Assembly (NCBI GenBank): GCA_964016885.1
Contig: OZ024741.1
Span: 393,514,001-393,578,000, forward strand
Source of the DNA: Eledone cirrhosa
Lineage: Eukaryota
Reading direction: 5' to 3'
Length of the DNA stretch: 64,000 nt
The notes below the pieces were generated by a model. It did not search any database, had not been told where the DNA came from, and saw only the letters and a list, made by a program, of their open reading frames with translations. Both the position numbers and the translations under genes were made by a program. Positions 63,147 to 64,000 of this stretch are shown in pieces. The first letter of the stretch is position 1; each line of letters opens with the position of its first letter.

Positions 63147-64000
63147 ACTGTGACAGTAATATCTGCGTAAGCACCCCAATCCGGACTGCCTGGCGCTATA
63201 AAAGGCAGATTCTATGAGACACTGATCCTCACTACCTCCGAAATAACCGACAGTGACTATATAATTATTGCTGGCGACCTAAATGGTCACATTGGACAAC
63301 ATTGTGACGGCTATGATGGAATCCACGGAGGCTATGGGTTTGGTACTAGAAACGAGGAAGGCTCCAGAATCCTGGAATTCTGTGACGCAAATAACCTAAC
63401 TATCTGTAACACTAACTTCAAAAAACGAGACAATCACTTGATCACCTACAGATCGGGGGAACACACAAGCCAGGTAGATTATATCCTTACCAGGAGACGT
63501 GACAGAGTGTCTGTTGTAAACACTAAATCCCTCCCCCATGAAGAATGCACCTCCCAACATAGACTGATAATTAGCGACCTCATAGTCAGGACGAGACGTA
63601 CTCGACAACAGAAGAGGACTATCCTCAGGAGAAAAATATGGAAGCTAAAGGACCCCACAGCCAGAAATAAATTTAAAAGCATACTACTTGATGCTTTCGA
63701 CAGTAAGGAAGAGCATTTAGAGTCGTACAATATAGAGGAACAGTGGGAATTCCTGAAAGCAAACCTGCTGATGGCGGCAGATGAAGTCTGTGGCTGGAGC
63801 AGGCCTATAGGCAGGAGGAGAGTAACATGGTGGTGGAACAGTAAGGTGGAGGAGTCAATTAAGGCCAAAAAGCAGGCTTGAAAAGTATGGCGGGATGGGG
63901 GAAGTAGAGAAGACTATCAAGTGGCCAGGAGGGAAGCTAGGAGGCAAGTGTACTTCGCAAGAAGGGAAGCAGAGGAAAGAAAGTTCAAGCATGTTCTACA
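63147..64000 (+). mobile_element. RTE LINE, APE endonuclease region (continues beyond the window)
   Basis: IIAGDLNGHIG, GGYGFGTRNEEG, NTNFKK, TYRSG..SQVDYIL, SQHRLI and TWWWN, with in-frame stops. Confidence 0.9.

Overview
AT-rich animal genomic DNA full of (TA)n/(TAA)n/(GAT)n microsatellites. The SINE/LINE repertoire suggests a coleoid cephalopod such as Octopus (inference). The window is the interior of one minus-strand gene, a K+-dependent Na+/Ca2+ exchanger (SLC24, NCKX3/4-like). I traced ten GT-AG exons (978 nt, 326 codons) whose phases join into one open frame; both ends of the gene appear to lie outside the window. The introns are a mosaic of transposons: a near-intact R4/Dong retroelement plus relics, RTE LINEs, CR1-group, Tx1/L1 and CRE fragments, several Penelope-like elements (PLEs), a Helitron, a hAT transposon with an 8-bp TSD, a deleted Gypsy LTR element, piggyBac-like MITEs, tRNA-SINEs and two minisatellites that arose inside retroelements. 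The most interesting signal is a dense set of type I hammerhead ribozyme (HHR) motifs, about 10 intact or decayed. They include a multi-copy non-coding element with a canonical HHR and a palindromic 33-bp core, a pair of HHRs whose stem II carries a ~60-nt covarying inserted hairpin, and an orphan HHR island inside (TA)n. Many of the window's fold-back inverted repeats look like HHR-bearing PLE termini pointing outward.
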